Assembly (NCBI GenBank): GCA_040766225.1
Contig: JAXGQX010000005.1
Coordinates: 18,793-82,792, forward strand
Direction: 5' to 3'
Length of the DNA stretch: 64,000 nucleotides
Source of the DNA: Bacillota bacterium
Lineage (GTDB): Bacteria; Bacillota; Sulfobacillia; Fermentithermobacillales; Fermentithermobacillaceae
A model generated the notes under the pieces. The model had not been told where the DNA came from. It ran no database searches and saw only the letters and a program-made list of their open reading frames with translations. Positions 8,229 through 16,373 of this stretch are shown piece by piece. Both the position numbers and the translations under genes were made by a program. The first letter of the stretch is position 1; each line of letters starts with the position of its first letter.

Positions 8229-8457
8229 GTGGGGAGACCTAGTACGTTACTGCCGCAGGGCCGGATGGGAGGAGATCCCGGGAGGCGACCACTATCGTTT
8301 CCGAAAGGTGCTTTCGGATGGCACGGTCCTGCGTACCCGCGCATCCCGTGCATTGGGGAAAGAGATACCGGCCGGCCTCTTCGAGTTCATCCTGAAGCAC
8401 CAACTCAGAGTAGATCGGGCTGAGTTCAATAGCCCTCATCGTTCGAGCCCATCCTAG
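8221..8457 (+). CDS. hicA: HicA-family toxin
   Basis: MPKWGDLVRYCRRAGW...GGDHYRFRKVLSDGTVLRTRAS...EIPAGLFEFILKHQL, a HicA-like dsRBD fold with the conserved His. Confidence 0.78.
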   Translation: MPKWGDLVRYCRRAGWEEIPGGDHYRFRKVLSDGTVLRTRASRALGKEIPAGLFEFILKHQLRVDRAEFNSPHRSSPS

Positions 8458-8644
8458 CAAAGAAGCCACAATCCCCCTCCGGCTTGCCGTTGATGAGTTG
8501 TCTGGCCCTTTCCGAACGGATCTCGCGGACGTCTTCTACCGCAGTCGGGCTAGAGCGAAGACCGTGCTTTTGTTGAAACGCAGCGACCTCCTCAAGCACT
8601 TCGCGCCGACGGGCTTTGGTTGCTTCACGTCTTGACTTCTTCAT
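8426..8644 (-). CDS. Orphan VapB-like antitoxin tail / small hypothetical protein
   Basis: RRREVLEEVAAFQQKHG...PTAVEDVREIRSER resembles VapB toxin-binding tails; no DNA-binding domain and no toxin follows. Confidence 0.45.
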   Translation of the reverse strand: MKKSRREATKARRREVLEEVAAFQQKHGLRSSPTAVEDVREIRSERARQLINGKPEGDCGFFARMGSNDEGY

Positions 8645-8709
8645 GGTGAATCACCATACGCATCATAGCACGCGCCAGTCGTGTATGTACTTGTCGTGAG
8701 CCCAACCTA

Positions 8710-8763
8710 TTGACACCGGTGGTCTATGGCTATAGACTAGGTCTGGTTTATAACTATAGACCA
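8710..8763 (+). promoter_or_regulatory. Promoter and twin palindromic operators of the BlaI-family repressor
   Basis: TTGACA (8710), 17 nt, TAGACT (8733); boxes TGGTCTATGGCTATAGACTA (8720-8739) and TGGTTTATAACTATAGACCA (8744-8763), 24 bp apart. Confidence 0.8.
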
Positions 8764-8792
8764 ACTGCTCGCTCGATCGAGGAGGCCCCGCG

Positions 8793-9155
8793 ATGAAAGA
8801 CCTGAAACTCTGTGAAAGCGACTACCGCTTCATGCTTGTGGTATGGGAAAACGAGCCTGTAGCGTCAGGACGACTCGTGACGTTGTGCGCAGATAAACTT
8901 GGCTGGAAGAAGTCGACCACCTACACAGTCCTGAGAAAACTCTCCGAAAGAGGTTTCGTTAGGAACAAGGATGCGGTTGTCACGTCACTAATACCAAAGG
9001 ACCGGGTGCAGGCTCGCCAAAGCGACCGCTTTGTGGAGCATGCTTTCGGAGGTTCGCTGCCTATGTTCCTTGCATCGTTTCTCGGCGGTAGGAAACTTTC
9101 GGAAAAGGAAGCCGACGAACTAAAGCGCCTTATCGACGCCCACAAGGAGGAGTAG
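8793..9155 (+). CDS. blaI: BlaI/MecI/CopY family transcriptional repressor
   Basis: LCESDYRFMLVVWE...LGWKKSTTYTVLRKLSERGFV...FGGSLPMFLASFL...LSEKEADELKRLID. Confidence 0.92.
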   Translation: MKDLKLCESDYRFMLVVWENEPVASGRLVTLCADKLGWKKSTTYTVLRKLSERGFVRNKDAVVTSLIPKDRVQARQSDRFVEHAFGGSLPMFLASFLGGRKLSEKEADELKRLIDAHKEE

Positions 9156-9157
9156 CG

Positions 9158-11344
9158 GTGGACGCGCTGTTCATAAGGACCCTCAACATGAGCATCACGG
9201 CGAGTTACGTTATCCTCGCGGTATTCCTCGTCCGCTTGGCGCTCAGGACGGCGCCAAAGGGGTACTCATACGCCCTGTGGTCGGTGGTCCTCTTCCGCCT
9301 GATTTGCCCGGTTTCTTTTTCTTCGGTCCTGAGTATGTTCAACGCGAAACCTTTCGACATGACTGCCGCGCAGCAAGGCGGCGGAATTGCCCTCGAATAC
9401 GTCCCGGCTGACGTGGGTTACATGGGGACTCCCAAGGTGACCGTAGGCATCCCGGCAGCCAACGAGATCATCAGCAACAGCCTGCCGGCAGCAAACCCGA
9501 TGACGAGCGTCAATCCTCTGCAAGTCTGGATAAGGATCGGGGCCATGGTCTGGTTCGCCGGCATCGCGGGGCTCCTCATCTACGGGGTCGTCACCTACAT
9601 CCGCTTAAGACGCTGCGTGGCTACCGCCGTGAGGGTAAGCGGTGATGTCTATGAATCCGACCGGATCCCTTCGCCGTTCATCCTCGGCTTCGCTAAGCCG
9701 CGAATCTACATCCCCTTCGGCCTGGGCCAACGCGAGCGTGAGTACATACTAACGCACGAGCGCTATCACGTAAAACGGAAGGACCATCTGGCCAAGCTGC
9801 TCGGTTTCGGCGCGCTGACCGTCCACTGGTTCAACCCGCTTGTCTGGCTGGCGTTCCATGCCATGACGAGGGACATGGAAATGAGCTGCGACGAGAAAGT
9901 GCTAGCGCAGACCGGCACGGGTATCGCAAAGGAATACAGCACATCGTTGCTTTCGTTCGCCGGAGGTCACCGGTTCTTCGGAGCGAGTCCCCTGACCTTC
10001 GCGGAGACGGGCATAGCGGCGCGCGTCAAGAATGTGCTGCGATTTCGGCCTGCACCGAAGTGGGCAACCTTCCTCGCGGCTGCCCTGTGCATCCCTATCA
10101 TCGCGGCCTGTGCCTCGAATCCCGCGATTGACCCGGTGCGAATCAAGCCGGATAACCTCTACGGCCCGGATGACCTCTACGGCAGTTTCAGGTTCCAGAA
10201 GCTCGTGTACATGTGCCCTCTCAGTTCGTTCCTACCGCAAGATGGGTACCGGATATCCTTCACCCTCACGCCAGACTCGCTCATAATCACCGACGAGAAT
10301 GGCGGCCAGCGCAGCGAACCGATTACCTACGAGTCGTCAGTCGTGGATGAGGATACGTTTAGGGATGATTTCATGCCCTTCGAGCCAGCGGTTGGAGCTA
10401 GTTTCAACATACCCGACATCACCGGATACACCGAGCGGTACCGGTACGATCTGAGCAGAGCTGCCGTGAACAAGCGCGGATGGCGTCTGTACCTAATGGA
10501 TGACGAGATCTGGATCGCCTCCACGACCGAGCAACATATCTGGAGCATCTACCGGGTTGCCAGGTATGACGATGTCCAGCCCGAGGCCATGGGCTACCTC
10601 GAGAGCATCTTCGAAGGCGGCACGCGGATTTGGTATCAGGAGACGTACGAGTCTGGTATTGTCTCCGATCCTCGCAGTGTCCGTGCTTTTCAGCTTACGA
10701 ACATGGGCGACGACAAAGGCCACTTCGCGCGCTACCGGATCCTGTTCCAACGTTGCGAGTATTGGGCGAGGGCGGAGGAAACGGTTCTACCCTCGGGTCC
10801 CGCCATCTACCTAGGTGACGTGAATGGCCCCAGGCTCATCTTCGTCATCGGCACAGGTTACATCACGTACGTGGATGGGAACTCGGCTACCACCTACATC
10901 ACGGATGAATCTTTCGAAGGGGCGCTCCCAGACGACATCCTGATGGAGTTCTCCCAGTATGAATATAGCTACGAGAACGTGCAAGTTCGCGATGAAGGAT
11001 ACGGCAGCTTTGAGGAAGTCGCGTACGGGTTCATGAGCCAACTCGGGCAGTACTGGGAAAACATGACGCCTGAGAACATCAACCGCATTACGGGCTTCAA
11101 GGTCCTCGAGATTGAGGTCAAACTGACCCGTGAGGGTGACGACTCGATCTTCGGCTTCTCGTGCACCTATGCCATAAAGCCGGTTAATTACAACATAGTC
11201 ACTTGGTGGGCCGGGGGAGGCGGGGACATGGGCACGGGCAACCTCGAAGGATGGATTATCATGGAGAGAGAGCTTCGCCTTGAGCGCGAGGATGGTTTCT
11301 GGCGGTGCACGAGCATGGGGACCGGTGGGATGCGGCTGGATTAA
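9158..11344 (+). CDS. BlaR1-like M56 metallopeptidase signal transducer with an unknown extracellular domain
   Basis: SPFILGFAKPRIYIP, HERYH (HExxH), HWFNPLVW and EMSCD motifs; about 400 aa C-terminal region with no recognisable penicillin-binding domain. Confidence 0.9.
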   Translation: MDALFIRTLNMSITASYVILAVFLVRLALRTAPKGYSYALWSVVLFRLICPVSFSSVLSMFNAKPFDMTAAQQGGGIALEYVPADVGYMGTPKVTVGIPAANEIISNSLPAANPMTSVNPLQVWIRIGAMVWFAGIAGLLIYGVVTYIRLRRCVATAVRVSGDVYESDRIPSPFILGFAKPRIYIPFGLGQREREYILTHERYHVKRKDHLAKLLGFGALTVHWFNPLVWLAFHAMTRDMEMSCDEKVLAQTGTGIAKEYSTSLLSFAGGHRFFGASPLTFAETGIAARVKNVLRFRPAPKWATFLAAALCIPIIAACASNPAIDPVRIKPDNLYGPDDLYGSFRFQKLVYMCPLSSFLPQDGYRISFTLTPDSLIITDENGGQRSEPITYESSVVDEDTFRDDFMPFEPAVGASFNIPDITGYTERYRYDLSRAAVNKRGWRLYLMDDEIWIASTTEQHIWSIYRVARYDDVQPEAMGYLESIFEGGTRIWYQETYESGIVSDPRSVRAFQLTNMGDDKGHFARYRILFQRCEYWARAEETVLPSGPAIYLGDVNGPRLIFVIGTGYITYVDGNSATTYITDESFEGALPDDILMEFSQYEYSYENVQVRDEGYGSFEEVAYGFMSQLGQYWENMTPENINRITGFKVLEIEVKLTREGDDSIFGFSCTYAIKPVNYNIVTWWAGGGGDMGTGNLEGWIIMERELRLEREDGFWRCTSMGTGGMRLD

Positions 11345-11510
11345 CCTTCCCTCAATGATCGTTGGTCTGCGGGGAGAGGCTCTGGGCCTCTCCATAGACG
11401 GTAGACCACTTTCAGTCGAGCGATGGGGCGAGAAGCTGAGGGCTGTAGCAGATCCTATTGGTCATGATCCACGAATCAAGTCTTGGCAAGTCTTAGAGGG
11501 AGGATCCACG

Positions 11511-12509
11511 GTGCGCAGGCGAATCTGGCTGAAGACCATCGTTTACATTAGCACAGCGGCGTTAATGCTGACGGGCGCGGGATTAGCGTATCTTGCCATG
11601 AGCCGGTTCACCTACTACGATAACGGAACGTGGATGCAATCAAGTCTCTTGGAGATTTGCGCCAAGTCTCAAAAAGGTTACGGTCGAGACCCCATCGAAG
11701 AGCGGCTGCTGAAACCAAATTGGGGAGCCAGCGCGAGTTACGCTGCGAGGAACTTCACGCTGGACTTGGCCGGACTAGACTACTCGCTCCCTCTCTCGTG
11801 GCAAGATACTGTGTTAGGCCAGGGCATGTGGGTCATGCGCCCGCCCAAGTGGTGGAACTGGCAGGAAGTCGCGCTATATCCGTCAGACATCACTGTATCT
11901 CCTGGTGAGAAGCTCACTGTCGAGGTGCAACTGGCAGGTACAAATGGATTGACCGTTACACAAGGTAGGATCATCTTTGATAGGGCCTACTTGCTCACTC
12001 TCCACCGTCCGTGGTTCTCGTATGTGGCTTACGTAACAGATATCCGTGAGACAGAACCCAGTGTGATTGCGGCCAACATCGGAGACGTCGATGGTGCTAA
12101 CAGTGTAGCAAGGAGGCACCTAGAGGCCGTCCGGGACTATGACTATGAGGCGTGGGTTTCCACTATGGCCGAGAGCAGCCGCCCCCCGGCAGGACATACA
12201 GGAGGCATCATGTTTAGCTTCGACTCCGTCGTTGTCCTCGCAGTCGACGAGGTTCGAGTATCGGTGGAGCGGACACTCGCGATGAGAGAGAATTACTCTG
12301 GAAGCGAACTCGTCAGGAACCTTGGATGGTCAGACGAACATGTGGCTGAGAACATGGTTGTGGTTTTCACTCAGTACCTGGTCGACTACGATATCGAAGC
12401 ACCGTTTACCGAGAGAACTGTGCAGCAGTACTGGTTTCTGGTAAGGGAGGACAGGGATTCGCCTTGGCTCGTCTGGGAAGCTGACAGCCCAGTTGTGCTG
12501 CATGAGTAG
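11511..12509 (+). CDS. Membrane-anchored protein with a C-terminal DUF4829-like (NTF2-like) domain
   Basis: GTG 11511 after GGGAGG; N-terminal TM segment; C-terminal ENMVVVFTQYLVDYD...YWFLVREDRDSPWLV. Confidence 0.6.
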   Translation: MRRRIWLKTIVYISTAALMLTGAGLAYLAMSRFTYYDNGTWMQSSLLEICAKSQKGYGRDPIEERLLKPNWGASASYAARNFTLDLAGLDYSLPLSWQDTVLGQGMWVMRPPKWWNWQEVALYPSDITVSPGEKLTVEVQLAGTNGLTVTQGRIIFDRAYLLTLHRPWFSYVAYVTDIRETEPSVIAANIGDVDGANSVARRHLEAVRDYDYEAWVSTMAESSRPPAGHTGGIMFSFDSVVVLAVDEVRVSVERTLAMRENYSGSELVRNLGWSDEHVAENMVVVFTQYLVDYDIEAPFTERTVQQYWFLVREDRDSPWLVWEADSPVVLHE

Positions 12510-12512
12510 TTT

Positions 12513-12544
12513 AGCGGCGCCCCGTTGGGGTTGGCGCCGCTTTT
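12513..12544 (+). terminator. Rho-independent terminator
   Basis: AGCGGCGCC-loop-GGCGCCGCT followed by TTTT. Confidence 0.75.
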
Positions 12545-12691
12545 GGTGAGATGGGCTAACAAGTATGCGCATGGAACGGGACTATCGTCGTGGTGACAAC
12601 GAGAACCACATGGACGGCATCGTTGAATACTGACCGATGAAGACACGCCTGGCTGTCGACCGATGAACAGGAGAAGTGAGGTGCCTCTCAG

Positions 12692-13048
12692 ATGCACAGG
12701 GTAGTGGAGTTAGCCAAGACTAAGGCGCCTATGCTCCACAGTTGGTTGATGCGGCCCCTGTACGCAAGCAAAGAACTCCTGTTCGGATGCTTTGCCTTAT
12801 GTCTGGCCATTCTCGCTGTTGCCCCGTTTCCGCCTGAAGGCATGTCTGCGGTCTTCTTCGCGGCGGTATGCTTCGGGGTCGGGACAGCAGCCGCGCTCAT
12901 ATTCTCGACTGACGCCAATAGCACGGGCTCCAAGGTGACTGCCTTCTTCGTCGCTCTCGCGATGCATGGTCTGGTTGCGGGCGCTTCCATCTTCGGCGTA
13001 CTACCCGCAAGCGTTGGCCGGTGGATACTACGGCCAGGCCGTGCGTAA
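12692..13048 (+). CDS. Hypothetical integral membrane protein
   Basis: Three hydrophobic segments; RBS GAGGTG. Confidence 0.55.
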   Translation: MHRVVELAKTKAPMLHSWLMRPLYASKELLFGCFALCLAILAVAPFPPEGMSAVFFAAVCFGVGTAAALIFSTDANSTGSKVTAFFVALAMHGLVAGASIFGVLPASVGRWILRPGRA

Positions 13049-13086
13049 CTCTGCTTTGTTCGTGCTGCTAGAAATGGGGCGGGATC

Positions 13087-13551
13087 ATGCTACTCGGCCG
13101 CCTTTTCTCCGATGGGAAACATCCCGCTATTCCCCGATGGGTGCTAGCGGGGATTCCACTCATTTCAGCGATAGTGATGTTGTGTTCGCAGATACAAGTA
13201 GGAAACTACTGGGTAGTGTCCGGGGAGCGCCCTGTCAGGTATTGGCGCTTCTCTGAGCCATTTGAGTACACCCGGGTGTGTTTCGCATCTCGGAACATAG
13301 CGAGTATCAGGTCGCTCTGGTCGATGATGTCTTTGTCATGATTCAGAGTGGCTGGAGCGACAGACTTTCGGAGAAGAGCTCGACCCTCAAAGTGTGGGAC
13401 ATGGCTCCCGTTCATACGCGGTCCCGGGTTCAGATGGAACTTACTAAGCGACGCTCCCGGGACTATGGTCTTCCTCGTTGGTGAAGACGTGGTGGTAGTA
13501 AGGCATGTGTACGAAGGGCGATACGAGTATCAGGTGTTCCTGATACCGTAG
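13087..13551 (+). pseudogene. Membrane-anchored hypothetical protein split over three frames
   Basis: Overlapping ORFs 13087-13341, 13278-13484 and 13348-13551 join into one plausible product; the indels may be sequencing errors. Confidence 0.4.
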
Positions 13552-13698
13552 CGACAAGACAAAGGTCGCTGAAGGTACCGAAAGCGCTGCTTGGAGCAAG
13601 CCGTAGTCCCTGACACCTGCTGTACCCCCATACTTGCCGACCATGTCGTTGTGTATCTCAACGGCCTCGGCAAGGGTCAGAAAAGTCACTTCCCTCAT
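13444..13698 (-). pseudogene. doc: Truncated Doc/Fic (death-on-curing) toxin
   Basis: FLTLAEAVEIHNDMVGKYGGTAGVRDYGLLQAALSVPSATF is the Doc N-terminus; similarity ends near 13560 and no HPFxxGNxR motif is present. Confidence 0.75.
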
Positions 13699-13928
13699 TC
13701 GATGCCCGCCAGTTTCTTCATTGTCTCAGAATGATCTCTGTTGACTCTCTTAAGCGCAGACTCAAAGCGAGTGCTCCTGTCGTGGCTATCCGCCGGAGAG
13801 ACGATGAGACTCCTTCCATCAGTTGATATTCGAAGCGGCGTATCAACAGAGATATTGAGAAGCTCGAGAATCGGCTTTTCGATTATTAGGGCCGCACTGT
13901 TGCCGTGAACAGTCAGGGTCTTTATCAT
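13695..13928 (-). CDS. AbrB/MazE-family antitoxin
   Basis: MIKTLTVHGNSAALIIEKPILELLNI...LRISTDGRSLIVSP; upstream TAGACA, 17 nt, TACAAT and RBS GAGGAGG. Confidence 0.85.
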   Translation of the reverse strand: MIKTLTVHGNSAALIIEKPILELLNISVDTPLRISTDGRSLIVSPADSHDRSTRFESALKRVNRDHSETMKKLAGIE

Positions 13929-14062
13929 ACCCAAACCTCCTCGTGATCACATTGTATCCACGCGGCATACCGCTGTCTATCAGCCCACCGCCCTGCATCG
14001 ATAGGCGCAATGATCCTGCAAACTTCAAGCCTGATCCCTCCCTTCGGTTCAAGTAGAACCCT

Positions 14063-14896
14063 TCAACGCTGGTCCCGCTTACCGCGGCGCCACTTGATCT
14101 CAGTTAAGACAGCTGATCCGACCAACACTGCCGCAAGCACCGCGATGGAACCATACACCGACCAATCGCCGAAAGGTACTACCAGAACCACTAGTCCAAA
14201 GAGAAGGCTTGGAATGCGCCCGATGCTCACGGAAAAGTAGATGGGGACGAGATAGGATTCGAAAGGCGTCGGTACCGGGCCACTAGTATAATCTATGAGG
14301 TTCTTAAGATCGTTTCGTATCAGCCTCAGACTAGGGATCCTCGCCGGTTTTACCAAGTATCTCCGGATCGCGGGCTCAAGTGCCCTCCGTCTGGATTCGG
14401 CCAGAGCCTTTGCAGTTTCAGCCGAATCCGGCGAGGAGACATCATGGCTTAGGACAACTCGCACGTGATAGTCTCCCACAGAGATCGTTCTCACTGTCTC
14501 CCGGGAATCGTCAGACGGATCGGAGGGAAAGTCCATCGGGTTTGCCTGCCCTTCCCAGACGCTGAAGAAATCGTTGAACCGCACATTGCCACTGGTGCCT
14601 TCTGCACTGAAGTTGAGTTTCTCAGTGAATGGTGGCACGCCGCCCATGCTTACTTGGCTATAGCCGGCATCTGCCTCAAGCACAACCCGGCGTAGCCCGC
14701 CCCACCTGCTGGTATGAGATGGCAGCACATAGTACGCGACTTCGCCGATCGCGAAGAAAGAGAGGCAAACCCATATCACGAGAAGCCAAAGGAGAACCCT
14801 GCGCCATCGCAGGTCAAGCCTAAGCATGATCGCTATCACTCCTTTGGTATTCCGCCCAAGAAATCTCAAGCGAGGCATTTCACGCGATTCCATCAA
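14063..14896 (-). CDS. Hypothetical membrane protein
   Basis: N-terminal TM segment, soluble middle, two C-terminal TM segments; family not recognised. Confidence 0.6.
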   Translation of the reverse strand: MMESREMPRLRFLGRNTKGVIAIMLRLDLRWRRVLLWLLVIWVCLSFFAIGEVAYYVLPSHTSRWGGLRRVVLEADAGYSQVSMGGVPPFTEKLNFSAEGTSGNVRFNDFFSVWEGQANPMDFPSDPSDDSRETVRTISVGDYHVRVVLSHDVSSPDSAETAKALAESRRRALEPAIRRYLVKPARIPSLRLIRNDLKNLIDYTSGPVPTPFESYLVPIYFSVSIGRIPSLLFGLVVLVVPFGDWSVYGSIAVLAAVLVGSAVLTEIKWRRGKRDQR

Positions 14897-14944
14897 GTCT
14901 TCGCCCTACGAGGCTTGTAATCCCCCCTTCTGCTGTAAGTATTA

Positions 14945-15685
14945 GTGAAACAACTGAGGCGGCGGGGAGCGTGTGCCAACGTGAAATTGATGAGAGGGAT
15001 CGTCGACTCTCTGCCCTTCAGCCTGACGGTGGGTACACTGGGAGTAGTCTTTGGGGCGACTGCCGGATCCGCAGGTTTGGGAAACCTGACGGCTATTCTC
15101 ATGTCCCTCCTGGTCTTCTCAGGAAGCGCTCAATTCGCGGCCCTTGGCCTCTGGAGACAAAACGCAACGGCGCTTCTACTCACCACCACCCTCTTGAGCA
15201 CCCGTTTCCTTCTTATGAGCGCCTCTTTGGCTGCGAGGCTCCCGCGCATTCCTACATGGTTGCGGACCCTCCTGGGTTTCGGCGTGACCGATGAGTCCTA
15301 TGCGTTGTCGGTAACTCGCGGAGCAAAAGGTGCCCAGGTCTCGGTTCCCTACTTGGCAGGCTGCATGCTTGCCATATACGTCCCCTGGGTTCTGGGAACC
15401 GGGTTGGGCATCGCGCTGGGGCCGGTTATCCCCACCGCATGGGTTGATTACCTGACGGTTTGCTTCCCTCTTGTCTTCCTGATCCTCACGATCCTCTGCA
15501 CCGACACCTTGCCGAAGGCGGTTGTGGCCCTGATAGGAGCGTCACTGTCCGTCGTGATGGCGCTGTACCTGCCTCCGGGCTGGAATGTAGTCGCGGCCGG
15601 GTTGGCGGCCAGCCTGATCGGACCGCTCATCGAGAGCGCGAAGCTTCATCGCCGGCCCGCTGAGAGGAGGCTCGGTGACGAATGA
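14945..15685 (+). CDS. azlC: AzlC-family branched-chain amino acid exporter
   Basis: MSLLVFSGSAQFAAL, RFLLMSASL and FGVTDESYA motifs; the true start may be slightly downstream. Confidence 0.9.
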   Translation: MKQLRRRGACANVKLMRGIVDSLPFSLTVGTLGVVFGATAGSAGLGNLTAILMSLLVFSGSAQFAALGLWRQNATALLLTTTLLSTRFLLMSASLAARLPRIPTWLRTLLGFGVTDESYALSVTRGAKGAQVSVPYLAGCMLAIYVPWVLGTGLGIALGPVIPTAWVDYLTVCFPLVFLILTILCTDTLPKAVVALIGASLSVVMALYLPPGWNVVAAGLAASLIGPLIESAKLHRRPAERRLGDE

Positions 15686-15984
15686 GCGACGTAACGAGGG
15701 TCTTAATCATGGCCGCCGCCACATTTCTGCTGCGCGCCAGCCCAATCTTGTGGATTCGGGACGCCGAACGCGTGCCCCGGTGGGTGAAGCGCTGGCTTGA
15801 GTACGTCCCACCTGCTGTGTTGGCAGCACTTGTAGCGCCGGAGATGCTGGCGAGAACCGGTCCCCGCATACCCGGGATAGCCTTCGCATACATCGCGTGC
15901 CTGGTAACCGCGCTGCGCACGCGAAGTATAGTCTTGCCGCTCTTAGCTGCCATCGCAACGCTTGCTGTAGCAGGGCTCTTCTAA
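15682..15984 (+). CDS. azlD: AzlD-family membrane protein
   Basis: MAAATFLLRASP...WLEYVPPAVLAALVAP; ATGA overlap with azlC. Confidence 0.88.
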   Translation: MSDVTRVLIMAAATFLLRASPILWIRDAERVPRWVKRWLEYVPPAVLAALVAPEMLARTGPRIPGIAFAYIACLVTALRTRSIVLPLLAAIATLAVAGLF

Positions 15985-16070
15985 GTACGCAGCTAATCCG
16001 CGCCTTGTGTACCCTCTCTTCGTGTTGGGGATGCTAGTGAGAGACAGCCACACGAAGGGAGTCCGGGAGT

Positions 16071-16373
16071 ATGGGCCAAAGGTATCGCGCTATAGAATCG
16101 TTCATGCGCCAAGGACCGGCTTGGCTATCCATCAACGTGAGCGATGGCGTCCAAGCGGAATTCCTTGTGGAGGCCATTTCTCCGCCCAGTCCCGCACCCG
16201 CTCAGGCTCCTTTCTCCAGTTTCCTGCTAGCTGGGCCCTGCGGCCGCATTAGCCTGGATGAAGATGAAATCGCCCACATCCAGCCAGACGGTCCACAGGA
16301 AGGGACTTCGCTGTACATCAGCCTGGATAACGGCGCGTCGCTAACGTTAGCAAGACAGCGGCTTAGCCCATAG
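16071..16373 (+). CDS. Hypothetical protein
   Basis: 100-aa ORF with a GGGAG RBS filling the gap between azlD and addA. Confidence 0.5.
   Translation: MGQRYRAIESFMRQGPAWLSINVSDGVQAEFLVEAISPPSPAPAQAPFSSFLLAGPCGRISLDEDEIAHIQPDGPQEGTSLYISLDNGASLTLARQRLSP

Noticed and set aside
619-14000. Integron-like cassette array
   Set aside because: Genes are in mixed orientation with their own promoters; no repeated attC-like sites or integrase were seen.
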